A stretch of DNA of 64,000 nt from an uncultured Nitrospiraceae bacterium. Lineage in GTDB: Bacteria; Nitrospirota; Nitrospiria; Nitrospirales; Nitrospiraceae. A program made the position numbers and the translations under genes. The stretch is taken from the NCBI GenBank assembly GCA_963730935.1, contig CAVSTP010000004.1, positions 1,312,001 to 1,376,000 on the forward strand, written 5' to 3'. Positions 52,914-62,790 of the stretch are shown here, one piece after another. Positions within the stretch are counted from its first letter, which is position 1, and each line of letters opens with the position of its first letter. Below the pieces are notes generated by a model. That model made no database searches, had not been told where the DNA came from, and saw nothing but the letters and a program-made list of their open reading frames with translations.

Positions 52914-53225
52914 ATGCCGAACCCGAGAATCGAACCGCTCAAGAAAGTCCTGGCGATCGATCCGAACGACGAAGTGGCATGGTTCGGATTAGGCAAAGCC
53001 TACATGGAAGACGCAAACTTTGAGGAAGCCGCCACTGCGCTGCGTCAATGCATTACGGTGAAACCCGCGTACTCAGCCGCCTATTACGCGTTGGCGCAAT
53101 CGCTCAAAACATTAAACCGCCTCGACGAATGTCGGGTCGTCTGTGCCGCGGGGATCGACGTCTCAACCAAGAACGGCGATGCCATGGTGACGAAAAATCT
53201 CGAAGTGCTGAAAGGCACTCTCTAG
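52914..53225 (+). CDS. TPR protein
   Basis: DPND..AWFGLGKAY, P.YSAAYYALA; GGAGG SD. Confidence 0.85.
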   Translation: MPNPRIEPLKKVLAIDPNDEVAWFGLGKAYMEDANFEEAATALRQCITVKPAYSAAYYALAQSLKTLNRLDECRVVCAAGIDVSTKNGDAMVTKNLEVLKGTL

Positions 53226-54067
53226 AGCAGGTGACAGAAGGCGTCCTGCTGGCGTTCACTCAGATGAGCACTGGCGGCGGGATTCTTGATTAACATCCGC
53301 ACACGCGGATGCCCCCGCTGGCGCGTGCTTCGTTCGACCATCTCCACATTGGCTAATCTCGTACCGGCCTTCGCAGGCATCGGCACCACATCCCAGAACG
53401 AAATCAGGACGGCACTTACCGCGCGCAGTTTCGTGAGCAGGACCGTCACGGCTCCCGCCAGGGACTTGAGGTCGAGCCAAATGCCTTCCGATCGTGAAGT
53501 GCGTTCACCCCGCAGGTCGGCCCGCGGGATCGAGATACACAGGACCACGGGAGAGGAATAATCGGCCAGTTGTTTGGCCTTTTGTTGAATGCGAGCGAGG
53601 ATGCGATGCATCAAAATTACCCCGCGGTCTGTTTCATCGACTCCTTCCTCATCGGGCAGTAGGCCGCGCAACGGAAGCCGCTGACGCTCGGCGGACCCGA
53701 CCATGGCGGTGATCTCGACGAGGAAACGTTCGCGGCCCAGACGGCACTCGAGATCTGCCGTCCGCGCCTGAGATTCAGGCAGGAAGGTGACTCTGGCGCC
53801 GACTCGAATCAGCTGCACGGCCAGTTCAAGTTCGGCGAGTGCGGACTCGCGCACGCCATAGTCATAGTGAGTGATGCGCCGCAAGAGACGGGCAAGCCGC
53901 AGCTGACTCGATTGATCCGCGCAGTGCTGGCGGAGCGTCGTCCACCGATCCTCTAGATCCGGCGAAAGACCGAACTCCTCCCGCTTCCACGCCGGGATAG
54001 GCTCGCGATGCCCGTCATGCAGATGAGTTACGAGGCGGAATGTCCTTCGAGGACGAAAGCGCGGCAT
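53222..54067 (-). CDS. Hypothetical protein (possible PD-(D/E)xK-like fold)
   Basis: 281 aa ORF; AELE...TADL...LVEIT pattern. Confidence 0.6.
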   Translation of the reverse strand: MPRFRPRRTFRLVTHLHDGHREPIPAWKREEFGLSPDLEDRWTTLRQHCADQSSQLRLARLLRRITHYDYGVRESALAELELAVQLIRVGARVTFLPESQARTADLECRLGRERFLVEITAMVGSAERQRLPLRGLLPDEEGVDETDRGVILMHRILARIQQKAKQLADYSSPVVLCISIPRADLRGERTSRSEGIWLDLKSLAGAVTVLLTKLRAVSAVLISFWDVVPMPAKAGTRLANVEMVERSTRQRGHPRVRMLIKNPAASAHLSERQQDAFCHLL

Positions 54068-54100
54068 TGCTACACTCGAGAGGTTGGTAATGGTGACGAT

Positions 54101-54433
54101 TTACACCGGCTCGGCGTCTTCCTCATCATCAGGGGGAGGCAGACCCAGCGATTCCGGATGCCGTTTGGACACTTCCTCGTACACTTCATCGAGCCAGCGG
54201 CCGGCACACCCCAGCACTTCGCGAACAAGCGGTTCCGGTTGGCCCGTCCGTTTGATCGTCCATTGGGACACGTACTCCAATAAAGCGTCACGATCGAGTT
54301 GGCGTGTGGACTGCACCGCCAGCTCGCTCAGCTCTCCGAGTCCGGTCTTGAGGATATCGGCCACCGTTTCGCGGCCATAGGAGGTGCTGGCCGTGACATA
54401 CTGGACCGCACGATTGATTTCCTGATCGTTCAT
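54101..54433 (-). CDS. Small acidic hypothetical protein
   Basis: C-terminal 110 aa of the listed 54101..54922 ORF; GGAG SD before the start. Confidence 0.65.
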   Translation of the reverse strand: MNDQEINRAVQYVTASTSYGRETVADILKTGLGELSELAVQSTRQLDRDALLEYVSQWTIKRTGQPEPLVREVLGCAGRWLDEVYEEVSKRHPESLGLPPPDDEEDAEPV

Positions 54434-54589
54434 CACAAGACTCTCCAGCAGATTTTCACATCCCCTCACAGAGCTGTCAAACGGATCCGTCGCTGGGCGT
54501 CCTGCAATGGCGCAGATTTTTTTGCGCGCCGGCATATGACGGATGGTAAGATCGATTTGATATTCATCTTTGCCCATAAGGAGCCATGC

Positions 54590-56383
54590 ATGGCCGCCAC
54601 CCACAGTGATCGAAAATCCCGACGCACGGTGATCCCCGATCGATGGGATTTGACCGACCTGGTTAAAGACCCGCTTCGCCAACTCGAGGCGCATCTCTCG
54701 GCCATCGAGGTGCAAGTCACTCAGATCGAATCGGCACGCGCGACCCTCAGCCCTGCCTTGTCGGGCAATGACTTTGCCTCGATCCTGACCCTCAGTGAAT
54801 CCGTGGCCCAGAGCGCTTCCCGTCTCGGAGCCTATGCGTACCTTTGGTTTTCCGAAAACACCGGGGACAGCAAGGCGCGCTCCTTCAAAACCAAGGTGGA
54901 AGAGCGCCTGACCGTCTTGCAAAACCGTTTGCTGTTCTTCGAGTTGTGGTGGCAGGGCATCGAAGAGAAGAATGCGGCCCGCTTGTTGGACGGATCAGGT
55001 GATGTGCGATATCACCTGGAAACCATCCGCCGTTATACACCGCATACGCTGACCGAGCCCGAGGAAAAGATCATCAATGTCAAGAATGTGACTGGCCGAA
55101 GCGCCGTTAACACGCTCTACGACGTAGTGACGAACGGCTTGACATTCACGATGAAGGTCGGGAGGAAAAAGCAGGTCCTCAACCGCGAGGGGTTGATGAC
55201 GCATGTGCGCAGTCCGAAGGCTTCAGTGCGTCAAGCCGCCTACCAGGAGCTCTATCGAGTCTTCTCGGCCCAGCGCGATGTGCTCGGCGAAATGTACAAG
55301 ACGCTGGTCAACGACTGGAAATCAGAGAACCTGGGTCTGCGACGCTTCACATCCCCGATTGCCGCTCGGAATCTAGGCAACGATGTGCCCGATACAGCCG
55401 TTGACGTGCTGTTATCCGTCTGCGCAGAGAACGCCGATCTGTTCCAACAATATTTCAAACTCAAGGCCCGCATCTGCGGCATCAGGTCAATGAGCCGCTA
55501 CCATCTCTATGCCCCGCACCGCACCGACCTGAAAAAATACCGGTACCCGGACGCGGTCCACATGGTCTTGGAGGCCTATCGGGGCTTTTCTCCCCAGCTG
55601 GCCGACCTTGCCCGCCAGGTCTTTAGCGATCGCCACATCGACGCTCCCACCAGACCAGGAAAACTCGGCGGCGCCTTTTGCTACAGCGTCGTCCCGGAAC
55701 TTACGCCCTACGTCCTGTTGAACTATACGGGCGATGCCCGCGACATCGCCACGATGGCGCACGAACTCGGCCACGCGGTGCACGGCATGCTGGCGGCGCA
55801 CCATTCGGTCTTTACATTCCATTCAACCTTGCCGCTGGCTGAGACGGCTTCGGTCTTCGGCGAGCGGATCTTGTCGGATGCGCTCATGCAGCAGGAATCG
55901 AACAAGAAAATCCGGCAGGGCTTATTGCTCAGCCAGCTCGACGACATCTACGCGACCGTTCTGCGCCAGGCCTACTTTGTGCGATTTGAGCGCATCGCCC
56001 ACCAGATGATCGCCGAGGGAGCGACGGGGGACCAACTTGCGCAGACCTACTTGAGCGAGTTACGCCAGCAGTTCGGGAAGGCGGTGAAAGTGCCGGAAGA
56101 GTTCAAGTGGGAATGGCTGACGATCCCGCATATCTATGCGAGTCCCTTTTATTGCTATGCATACAGTTTCGGTAATCTGCTCGTGTTGGCCCTGTACCGT
56201 ACCTATCAGCAGGAAGGACCCACCTTCGTGCCGAAGTATCTCGATCTGCTCGCCACCGGCGGCTCGATGTCGCCTGAGCGCATTCTCGCTACCGTGAACG
56301 TCGATATGACCTCGAAGAGCTTTTGGCAATCGGGATTCACGACAATCAAGGACATGATCGACCAGCTCGAAGCCACCCTCTAA
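54590..56383 (+). CDS. pepF: Oligoendopeptidase F (M3B)
   Basis: WDLTDL, GKLGGAFC, HELGH, AETASVFGE, PHIY..PFYCYAYSFG; AAGGAG SD. Confidence 0.92.
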   Translation: MAATHSDRKSRRTVIPDRWDLTDLVKDPLRQLEAHLSAIEVQVTQIESARATLSPALSGNDFASILTLSESVAQSASRLGAYAYLWFSENTGDSKARSFKTKVEERLTVLQNRLLFFELWWQGIEEKNAARLLDGSGDVRYHLETIRRYTPHTLTEPEEKIINVKNVTGRSAVNTLYDVVTNGLTFTMKVGRKKQVLNREGLMTHVRSPKASVRQAAYQELYRVFSAQRDVLGEMYKTLVNDWKSENLGLRRFTSPIAARNLGNDVPDTAVDVLLSVCAENADLFQQYFKLKARICGIRSMSRYHLYAPHRTDLKKYRYPDAVHMVLEAYRGFSPQLADLARQVFSDRHIDAPTRPGKLGGAFCYSVVPELTPYVLLNYTGDARDIATMAHELGHAVHGMLAAHHSVFTFHSTLPLAETASVFGERILSDALMQQESNKKIRQGLLLSQLDDIYATVLRQAYFVRFERIAHQMIAEGATGDQLAQTYLSELRQQFGKAVKVPEEFKWEWLTIPHIYASPFYCYAYSFGNLLVLALYRTYQQEGPTFVPKYLDLLATGGSMSPERILATVNVDMTSKSFWQSGFTTIKDMIDQLEATL

Positions 56384-56436
56384 ATTGGTGGGAAACCAAG
56401 GGAAAACTGGCTCTCCCGCTAAAACATTGCAACCTG

Positions 56437-56479
56437 TTGACAGATCCCTCCAGTCGTGGCATACTGAGAATGCTTCTCA
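56437..56479 (+). promoter_or_regulatory. bfd promoter with overlapping Fur-like box
   Basis: TTGACA-N17-CATACT; TGAGAATGCTTCTCA (7-1-7 inverted repeat) at 56465-56479. Confidence 0.65.
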
Positions 56480-56505
56480 TAATCGTTCTTGCCGAGGGAG
56501 GCATT

Positions 56506-56706
56506 ATGTATCTGTGCTTGTGCAAGGGAATCACCGACTCGGATATCCGCGACGCGGCACGTGCGGGCATCGTGATGCCATGCCAGATCAAAGCCAAGTT
56601 CGGCTTGAAAGACTCCGGCTGTTGCGGCCGATGCTCCAAAAACATTCAGCACTTCGTGGAACTTGCCAAGAACGAACATCGTCTACTTAACCCCGTCAGC
56701 ACCTGA
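56506..56706 (+). CDS. bfd: Bacterioferritin-associated ferredoxin (BFD-like [2Fe-2S])
   Basis: MYLCLCKGITDSDI...CCGRC; GGAGG SD. Confidence 0.88.
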   Translation: MYLCLCKGITDSDIRDAARAGIVMPCQIKAKFGLKDSGCCGRCSKNIQHFVELAKNEHRLLNPVST

Positions 56707-56810
56707 AGTACTCGCCCTTCCCGACACAACGCGCAGCGCTCGTCATCTTTCGAGGCTCAATGCCTTCGGTGTGATCTTCTCAACAGGATTCTAGATTGAA
56801 CCAGAACGGA

Positions 56811-57437
56811 CTAGTTGGAGGGGGTGGGTCTCAGCATGGCAGCGACTTCGGCCACTCGTCGTCCGAGCGCCTGAGCATCGGCCAATTCTTTCTTGTCGAT
56901 ACCGGGGCTGTCGCCCTCCGTCGTGGCGGAAGCGCCGAATGCACCGCCCCCGCTGACGACAATCATCTGGTTGCCAAGCATGGCCGCAAGAATCGTCAGC
57001 ATCGTCACTTCCTTGCCGCTGGAGATCTGTCCTCCGGTAGCAAAGGCGGCCCCAATCTTATTCTTCATTTTGAATTCCGGAAAAACACCGAATTTGAACT
57101 GCCAGTTATCAAAGAAGGTTTTCACCTCGCCGGACATGTTGGACCAATACACCGGCGAGCCGATGACAATCGCGTCGGAGGAAAACAAATCGTCCGCCGT
57201 CACCTGTCCCACCCGCTTGAGCACGACAATCGTGCCGGCTAAACTCTTAGCGCCCTCGACGACGGCCTCCGCCATGCGTTCCGTATTGCCAGACTGCGAA
57301 TGATATGCGACCAGCACCTTGACGGCGGTCGGAGCCGATTCAGCCGCAGAAACGAGATTGGAGTCGAGTGCAACGTGGGATACAATCAGGCAGAAAACGA
57401 GGCGAGAGAAGAACTGGTGCCAGTTGCCCCGGATCAC
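56811..57437 (-). CDS. WrbA-like flavodoxin with putative signal peptide
   Basis: YHSQSGNTERMA, IGSPVY, KIGAAFATGG; GTG start overlaps the upstream TGA. Confidence 0.8.
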   Translation of the reverse strand: MIRGNWHQFFSRLVFCLIVSHVALDSNLVSAAESAPTAVKVLVAYHSQSGNTERMAEAVVEGAKSLAGTIVVLKRVGQVTADDLFSSDAIVIGSPVYWSNMSGEVKTFFDNWQFKFGVFPEFKMKNKIGAAFATGGQISSGKEVTMLTILAAMLGNQMIVVSGGGAFGASATTEGDSPGIDKKELADAQALGRRVAEVAAMLRPTPSN

Positions 57438-57619
57438 CGACGAAACGTTTCCTCTTCCATGCGCTCCTCGACAGAGACATCGGTCAAGGCGCCGCGATAG
57501 TCGCATCGATGGCACCGGACGCGCCAGGATTCGATCCACTTTTCCTGAACATAAGACTGGCGGCATTTGGGGCAGACGAACACACCTTTCACATAGTGCA
57601 CTTTCCTGACTTCCTTCAT
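57434..57619 (-). CDS. Small zinc-ribbon protein (61 aa)
   Basis: CPKC...CHRC; GGAGG SD before the ATG at 57619. Confidence 0.7.
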   Translation of the reverse strand: MKEVRKVHYVKGVFVCPKCRQSYVQEKWIESWRVRCHRCDYRGALTDVSVEERMEEETFRR

Positions 57620-57689
57620 GCGGCCTCCAGTGGTTGCCGTTGAGAATCGCACAGGTCGTGGCGGGATTGCAAGGCAAGTGGGGCAGTCA

Positions 57690-57857
57690 AGGCTGTTCGA
57701 GAAGACCGTCGGCCGAGCAGATACATACCAAGCTTCGCTTGAACAGCTCGCTTCGATCAAACGCGAGCAGATATTTACTTTGCCTTCAGTTAGCTCGTAC
57801 GTTGAGGGCTTGCGCGAGGCGAGAACACCTGGGTGACCACGGTTCTTTTCAACAGCC
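57690..57857. repeat. Non-coding element with imperfect terminal inverted repeats (MITE-like)
   Basis: GGCTGTTCGAGAAGACCG at the left end vs GGCTGTTGAAAAGAACCG (reverse complement of the right end). Confidence 0.5.
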
Positions 57858-57903
57858 GCCCGTTTGCCTTGACTCGTGAAGTGTCCGCCGATAGGATCGC
57901 CAC

Positions 57904-58356
57904 GTGCACATCCGATGGCTCATCGTCTTTGCAGTAGCGCTGCTGACGGCGCTTCCTTCCTGCATCCAAGCCGATGACGGTCTTATTCCTATTCAGCTTC
58001 CCGGGGGCGTGATCATCCAAGCCGAGATCGCCAACACGATGAAGAAGCGTGCCGAAGGGTTGATGTACCGAGAATACCTGGCCAAGGACCGCGGGATGCT
58101 GTTCACGTTCGATCAAGCGCAGCCCTGGACCTTTTGGATGAAGAACACGAAGATCCCGCTCGATATCATCTGGATGAACGAAAAAAAGCAGATCATCCAC
58201 ATCGCACGGAACGTTCCGATCTGCACGAGGAACGACGACGGCTGTCCACAGTATCAGCCGAATGATCCGGCGATGTATGTCTTGGAGCTTAGCGGAGGCG
58301 AGGCGGAGCGACTCAAGCTCGAGAAAGGTTCGAAGTTGCAGTTCCGACTACCATAA
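57904..58356 (+). CDS. DUF192 family exported protein
   Basis: AEIANT..KRAEGLMYR, GMLFTF, FWMKNTKIPLDIIW, YVLEL. Confidence 0.9.
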   Translation: MHIRWLIVFAVALLTALPSCIQADDGLIPIQLPGGVIIQAEIANTMKKRAEGLMYREYLAKDRGMLFTFDQAQPWTFWMKNTKIPLDIIWMNEKKQIIHIARNVPICTRNDDGCPQYQPNDPAMYVLELSGGEAERLKLEKGSKLQFRLP

Positions 58357-58394
58357 CAAGAACGAACCTACGATCCTTTTGAACAGCCTCGGGC

Positions 58395-60566
58395 TTATTT
58401 TTCCTGCCAGGCCCTGACGCGCCGTGCCGTAATGACGCCATCCACCCGTTCAATCGCTTTCAACACTTGATCCAGGTGCTCGGTCCCTGAAATTTCGACA
58501 ATGAAATCGAGCACGGCCTTACGGTCTTCTCTGGTGCCGATCTCAGCCCGGCTGATGTTGGCATGGCATTCGGCAATGGCAGAAGAAACATTCGCCAGCA
58601 CGCCCGTTTTGTCTACCGCCATCACGGAAACTTTTACGGCATGCGTGCTGGGCGTCGCACTGTCCCACTCCACCTCGACCAAGCGTTCCCTGTCATAATC
58701 GAGCGCTTCCAGGTTTGGACAATCGACCGCGTGGATCGTCAATCCCCGTCCCCGGGTAATGTAGCCAAGGATCCTGTCTCCTGGAACCGGATTGCAGCAC
58801 CGGGACAACTGCATCAAGACGTCTCGCGCCCCCTTTACCTTTACACCTTTATCATCGGATTTACCGGCGACCGCCTTGCGCGGGGCCGGTCGCGTTTCCA
58901 GAGGCGCATTCGCGGAGGATGTCAGTTTTTCCAGCACGTTCGCCGCGGGTAGGTGCCCAAAGCCGACTGAGGCGATCAGATCGTCGGTGCTGTCGTAGCC
59001 AGATTGTCTCGCTGCCGCGGCCAGTTCGGGCGATTTGAGCATCTGTGCCGGCGCCATACCATGACGGCGGAATTCCGATTCCAGGAGGCGGCGGCCGATT
59101 TCTATGCTGCGCTTCTGTTCTTCGACCTTGATCCAATGCTTGATCTTGGTTTTGGCCCGCGAGGTGCGGACGAATTTCAGCCAGTCTTTGTGCGGTGTTT
59201 GAGTGGGCGACGTGAGAATCTCGACCGTGTCGCCGCTTTCGACCTGATGCTTCAACGGAACAATCTTGCCATTTACCTTCGCCCCGACACAGTGGTCGCC
59301 GACCTCGGTATGGATGGCGTAGGCAAAATCGACCGGCGTCGAGCCGCGCGGAAGTTCCTTCACGATACCTTTGGGGGTGAACACGTAGACCACGTCGTGG
59401 AAGAGGTCCAGTTTCACCGAATCCATGAATTGGCGGTTGTCCGGCAGATCGCGATGCCACTCAACGAACTGATGCAGCCAACCGAAGGTTTTGCTGTCGC
59501 GGTCCGTCACGCGGCCCTGCTCCTTGTACTTCCAATGTGCCGCGATGCCGCATTCCGCCACCCGATGCATCTCGTCCGTGCGGATCTGAAATTCGACGTG
59601 CTCGCCCTTGGGACCGACCACAGTCGTATGGATCGATTGATAGAGATTGGATTTCGGGATGGCGATGTAGTCTTTGAATCGGCCGGGCACCGGGCGCCAC
59701 AACGAATGAATCACGCCTACGAGCGCGTAGCAGTTCATTTTCGTATCGGTCACGATGCGTAGGGCGGTCAGATCGTACACCTCCTCGAACGAGATCGACT
59801 GCTTGTTCATCTTCTGATAAATGCCGTAGAGATGCTTGGGGCGACCGTAGACCTGCCCGGTCAAACCGTGATCTTGTAGCGCCTTCGTGACCAACTCGAT
59901 GACTTCCTGAATGTACTGCTGCCGGTCCTCATCGCGTTTGGCCACGCGGGTGCGCATCAGTTCATACACGTCAGGCTTGAGGTGCTTGAGACAGAGGTCT
60001 TCCAGCTCGTTCTTGATCCAACCGATGCCCAGCCGGTTGGCCAACGGCGCGTAAATTTCCAGCGTTTCCTCCGCAATGGCCTGCCGTTTCGCAGGGCTCA
60101 AATGCTCGAGGGTGCGCATGTTGTGCAGGCGGTCGGCCAGCTTGATGAGCACGACGCGAATGTCGTCCGCCATCGAGAGCAGCATCTTGCGGAAATTTTC
60201 CGCCTGCTTTTCCTCATGGCTCTTGAACGTGATCTTGCCGATCTTCGTGACACCGTCGACGAGATGCACCACGTCCTTCCCGAACTCGCTCTCGAGTTCT
60301 TCGGGCGTGGCCATCGTGTCCTCAAGCGTGTCATGGAGCAATGCGGCAACGATGGCAGTCACGTCCGTCTTCAAGGACGTCAGCACACCGGCGACCGCGA
60401 TGGGATGTTGCAAATAGGGCTCGCCCGAACGGCGCCGTTGCCCTTCGTGCACCTTCGCTGAAAACTCGTACGCTTTTCGCACGACGCCGAGGTCCGCCTC
60501 CGCGTTATAGCTCTTTAGGCGGTCGAGCAGTTGGTCGATGTCCATGACCGTTTGATTCGGCATCAC
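58395..60566 (-). CDS. rel: Bifunctional (p)ppGpp synthetase/hydrolase
   Basis: HD hydrolase (LLHDTLED, KLADRLHNMRT), synthetase (GRPKH, RFKDY, EFQIRT), TGS and ACT domains. Confidence 0.96.
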   Translation of the reverse strand: MMPNQTVMDIDQLLDRLKSYNAEADLGVVRKAYEFSAKVHEGQRRRSGEPYLQHPIAVAGVLTSLKTDVTAIVAALLHDTLEDTMATPEELESEFGKDVVHLVDGVTKIGKITFKSHEEKQAENFRKMLLSMADDIRVVLIKLADRLHNMRTLEHLSPAKRQAIAEETLEIYAPLANRLGIGWIKNELEDLCLKHLKPDVYELMRTRVAKRDEDRQQYIQEVIELVTKALQDHGLTGQVYGRPKHLYGIYQKMNKQSISFEEVYDLTALRIVTDTKMNCYALVGVIHSLWRPVPGRFKDYIAIPKSNLYQSIHTTVVGPKGEHVEFQIRTDEMHRVAECGIAAHWKYKEQGRVTDRDSKTFGWLHQFVEWHRDLPDNRQFMDSVKLDLFHDVVYVFTPKGIVKELPRGSTPVDFAYAIHTEVGDHCVGAKVNGKIVPLKHQVESGDTVEILTSPTQTPHKDWLKFVRTSRAKTKIKHWIKVEEQKRSIEIGRRLLESEFRRHGMAPAQMLKSPELAAAARQSGYDSTDDLIASVGFGHLPAANVLEKLTSSANAPLETRPAPRKAVAGKSDDKGVKVKGARDVLMQLSRCCNPVPGDRILGYITRGRGLTIHAVDCPNLEALDYDRERLVEVEWDSATPSTHAVKVSVMAVDKTGVLANVSSAIAECHANISRAEIGTREDRKAVLDFIVEISGTEHLDQVLKAIERVDGVITARRVRAWQEK

Positions 60567-62266
60567 GCGGTTCCCTGATCGCTGATGCGGAGATCGCGGA
60601 TACGCAACTGAATCCGGTCATAGCCGTTCCAGCGGTTCAATTCCGGCAGGAAAGCCAGGTCGACCGGCGTGCGCGCGGGGATGCCGCGATCGAGCAGCGA
60701 CTTCATGCCGAAACCGATGCTGTCGAACAGCATTGAGCGTCCCTGCCGCACCGTCATCTTCAAGTGCTTCTCCCCCACCGTACGCGACTCCATCACTTCC
60801 AAACCTTTGACAGCGAAGGTCGGCTCGGGATTGCCGGCGCCGAACGGATGGAAGGCGCCGATTTCCTTAATGAGCGTTGCCGTCACCTCGGATAATTGTA
60901 CCTCCGCATCCACATGCAATGTCGGTACGGCAGGGACTCCGCAGGTCCACTCCGCGACAGCGGCCGTAAACCGGTCCCGAAATTCATCCAGACGCGATTC
61001 CTGCACCGTGACTCCGGCCGCGGCGGGATGTCCCCCGAAGGCGTCCAAGAGGTCCTCGCAGGCTGCAAGCCCTTGATACAAATCGAATCCTCCAACTGTC
61101 CGCGCCGAGCCTTTGCCGATCCCACCTTCATCGATAGCAATGACAATCGTCGGCCGGTGGAACCGTTCCACGAGACGGGCGGCGGCGATCCCCACCACCC
61201 CCACATGCCAGCGCCGGGCCGCGAGAACCAGCGCGGCCGGCAACTCCTGCTCGTTCACCGCCTCGACAGCCTCCGACACGACGTCGGCTTCGATTTTCTG
61301 CCGCTCGCGATTGAGCCCCTCCAACCGCTCGGCCAACCGCTGCGCTTCGGCCGGCGACTCGGTCGTCAGCAGCTGCACACCCAACATCGCATGGTCCAGC
61401 CGTCCAGCGGCATTGAGTCTTGGAGCGAGCTTGAACGCAATCGTCTCAGGCGAGCAATCCCGCACGACACCGGCCACTTGCTTCAAGGCTCTGATCCCGC
61501 AGCGCGCTCCGCGGGAGATCTGCACGAGCCCCTGCTGAACAAACCCGCGATTCTCATCCTGTAACGGCACCACATCGGCGATCGTCGCCAGCGCCACGAG
61601 ATCCAGCAGCGATTCCAAGGGCACGCCCGCCTCGCCGTAGCGCAGTTGATAAGCCTGCACGACTTTGTAGGCCAGTCCCGCGGAACAGAGCCCTCGAAAG
61701 GGATACTGTGCGCCGGCCCGATGAGGATTCATCACGGCGACCGCCGGAGGGATGGCCTCACCGGTTTGGTGATGGTCCGTCACAATAACGTCCATGCCCA
61801 GCTGCTTGGCCAGTCCGATTTCATGATGCGACGTCGTCCCGCAATCGGAGGTGACCAACAGCGAGACGCCCTCATCGTGCAGCCGCTGCACCGCCCCGGC
61901 GTTCAATCCATACCCTTCCCGTTTGCGATGCGGCACATAGGCCCGCACATTGGCTCCGAGTGATCCAAAAAACGACAGGTACAGCGCAGTGGCCGACATA
62001 CCGTCGACATCGTAATCGCCGTAAAAACAGACCGGCTCCTGGACGGACACGGCGCGGTGCAAGCGTTCGACCGCTACCTCGATGTCAGGAATCAGAAAGG
62101 GATCGTGCGGAAGTTGATGGGACATCCAACTCGTCGCTTCATGAGGCGTGGTAACGCCCCGGGCCAGGAGCAAGGAGGCAGTCGCAGAAGAAATTGAGAG
62201 GGCCTGCGCCAGAGAGGCACAATGGAAGGGATTGAACTCACGGAAGACCCAGAGCTTGGACTTCAT
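60563..62266 (-). CDS. recJ: ssDNA-specific exonuclease RecJ
   Basis: GDYDVDG, DCG, TDHH, TIADVVPL, PRLNAAGRL, GSAR, FGGH. Confidence 0.96.
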   Translation of the reverse strand: MKSKLWVFREFNPFHCASLAQALSISSATASLLLARGVTTPHEATSWMSHQLPHDPFLIPDIEVAVERLHRAVSVQEPVCFYGDYDVDGMSATALYLSFFGSLGANVRAYVPHRKREGYGLNAGAVQRLHDEGVSLLVTSDCGTTSHHEIGLAKQLGMDVIVTDHHQTGEAIPPAVAVMNPHRAGAQYPFRGLCSAGLAYKVVQAYQLRYGEAGVPLESLLDLVALATIADVVPLQDENRGFVQQGLVQISRGARCGIRALKQVAGVVRDCSPETIAFKLAPRLNAAGRLDHAMLGVQLLTTESPAEAQRLAERLEGLNRERQKIEADVVSEAVEAVNEQELPAALVLAARRWHVGVVGIAAARLVERFHRPTIVIAIDEGGIGKGSARTVGGFDLYQGLAACEDLLDAFGGHPAAAGVTVQESRLDEFRDRFTAAVAEWTCGVPAVPTLHVDAEVQLSEVTATLIKEIGAFHPFGAGNPEPTFAVKGLEVMESRTVGEKHLKMTVRQGRSMLFDSIGFGMKSLLDRGIPARTPVDLAFLPELNRWNGYDRIQLRIRDLRISDQGTA

Positions 62267-62453
62267 GCCACCTCGAACGAGCCTGAGCCTGTGATGGCCG
62301 TAAGATGCTGAGATTTCAGCGGATACGACCGTCGAGGCGGATACTATAAGCTCGTTCCATCTTTGTCAAACTAGTCTGATTAGGGTCTTTACGACTGGGA
62401 AGGTGCAGTGTGAGCGGCGCGGCGGGGGAAATGCAGTGTCGAGGGAGAGTGCG

Positions 62454-62651
62454 TTACTCTCCCCCTTTTTGCACGTAATTCTTGACGAATTCTTCAGCGT
62501 TTTTTTCGAGCACGTCGTCGATTTCATCGACCAGCTTGTCGATGTCTTCCTTGAGTTTTTTGCCGGTCTCGACGACCTTAGGGTTGGCTTTGACTTCTTC
62601 TTTACCCTGCGGTTCTCGTCTGACTTCTTGCTTGCGTTCCTGTTTTTCCAT
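62454..62651 (-). CDS. pup: Prokaryotic ubiquitin-like protein Pup
   Basis: 65 aa ending IDKLVDEIDDVLEKNAEEFVKNYVQKGGE (Pup signature); GGGAGG SD. Confidence 0.93.
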   Translation of the reverse strand: MEKQERKQEVRREPQGKEEVKANPKVVETGKKLKEDIDKLVDEIDDVLEKNAEEFVKNYVQKGGE

Positions 62652-62698
62652 CGCATACCTCCCAGATGGAATCGTGGATCCGCCCTGAGCCTAAGATC

Positions 62699-62727
62699 AC
62701 GATACTCTAGGAGGTCCCTACCGTCAA
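62699..62727 (-). promoter_or_regulatory. pup promoter
   Basis: TTGACG-N17-TATCGT. Confidence 0.55.
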
Positions 62728-62790
62728 GCTTCGGAGCCGAACCGGCACATTACCTAGTGCTTTGCCGAGGTTCCTCCTCGACGTCCTCTA

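Noticed and set aside
54299..54922. Apparent overlap of long divergent ORFs (54101-54922 and 54299-56383)
   Set aside because: Over-extended starts; SD-supported starts at 54433 and 54590 remove the overlap.
62454..62651. Possible UBact rather than Pup
   Set aside because: The LVDEIDDVLE.NAEEFV..YVQKGGE C-terminus is the Pup signature, and the cognate operon is actinobacterial-type.
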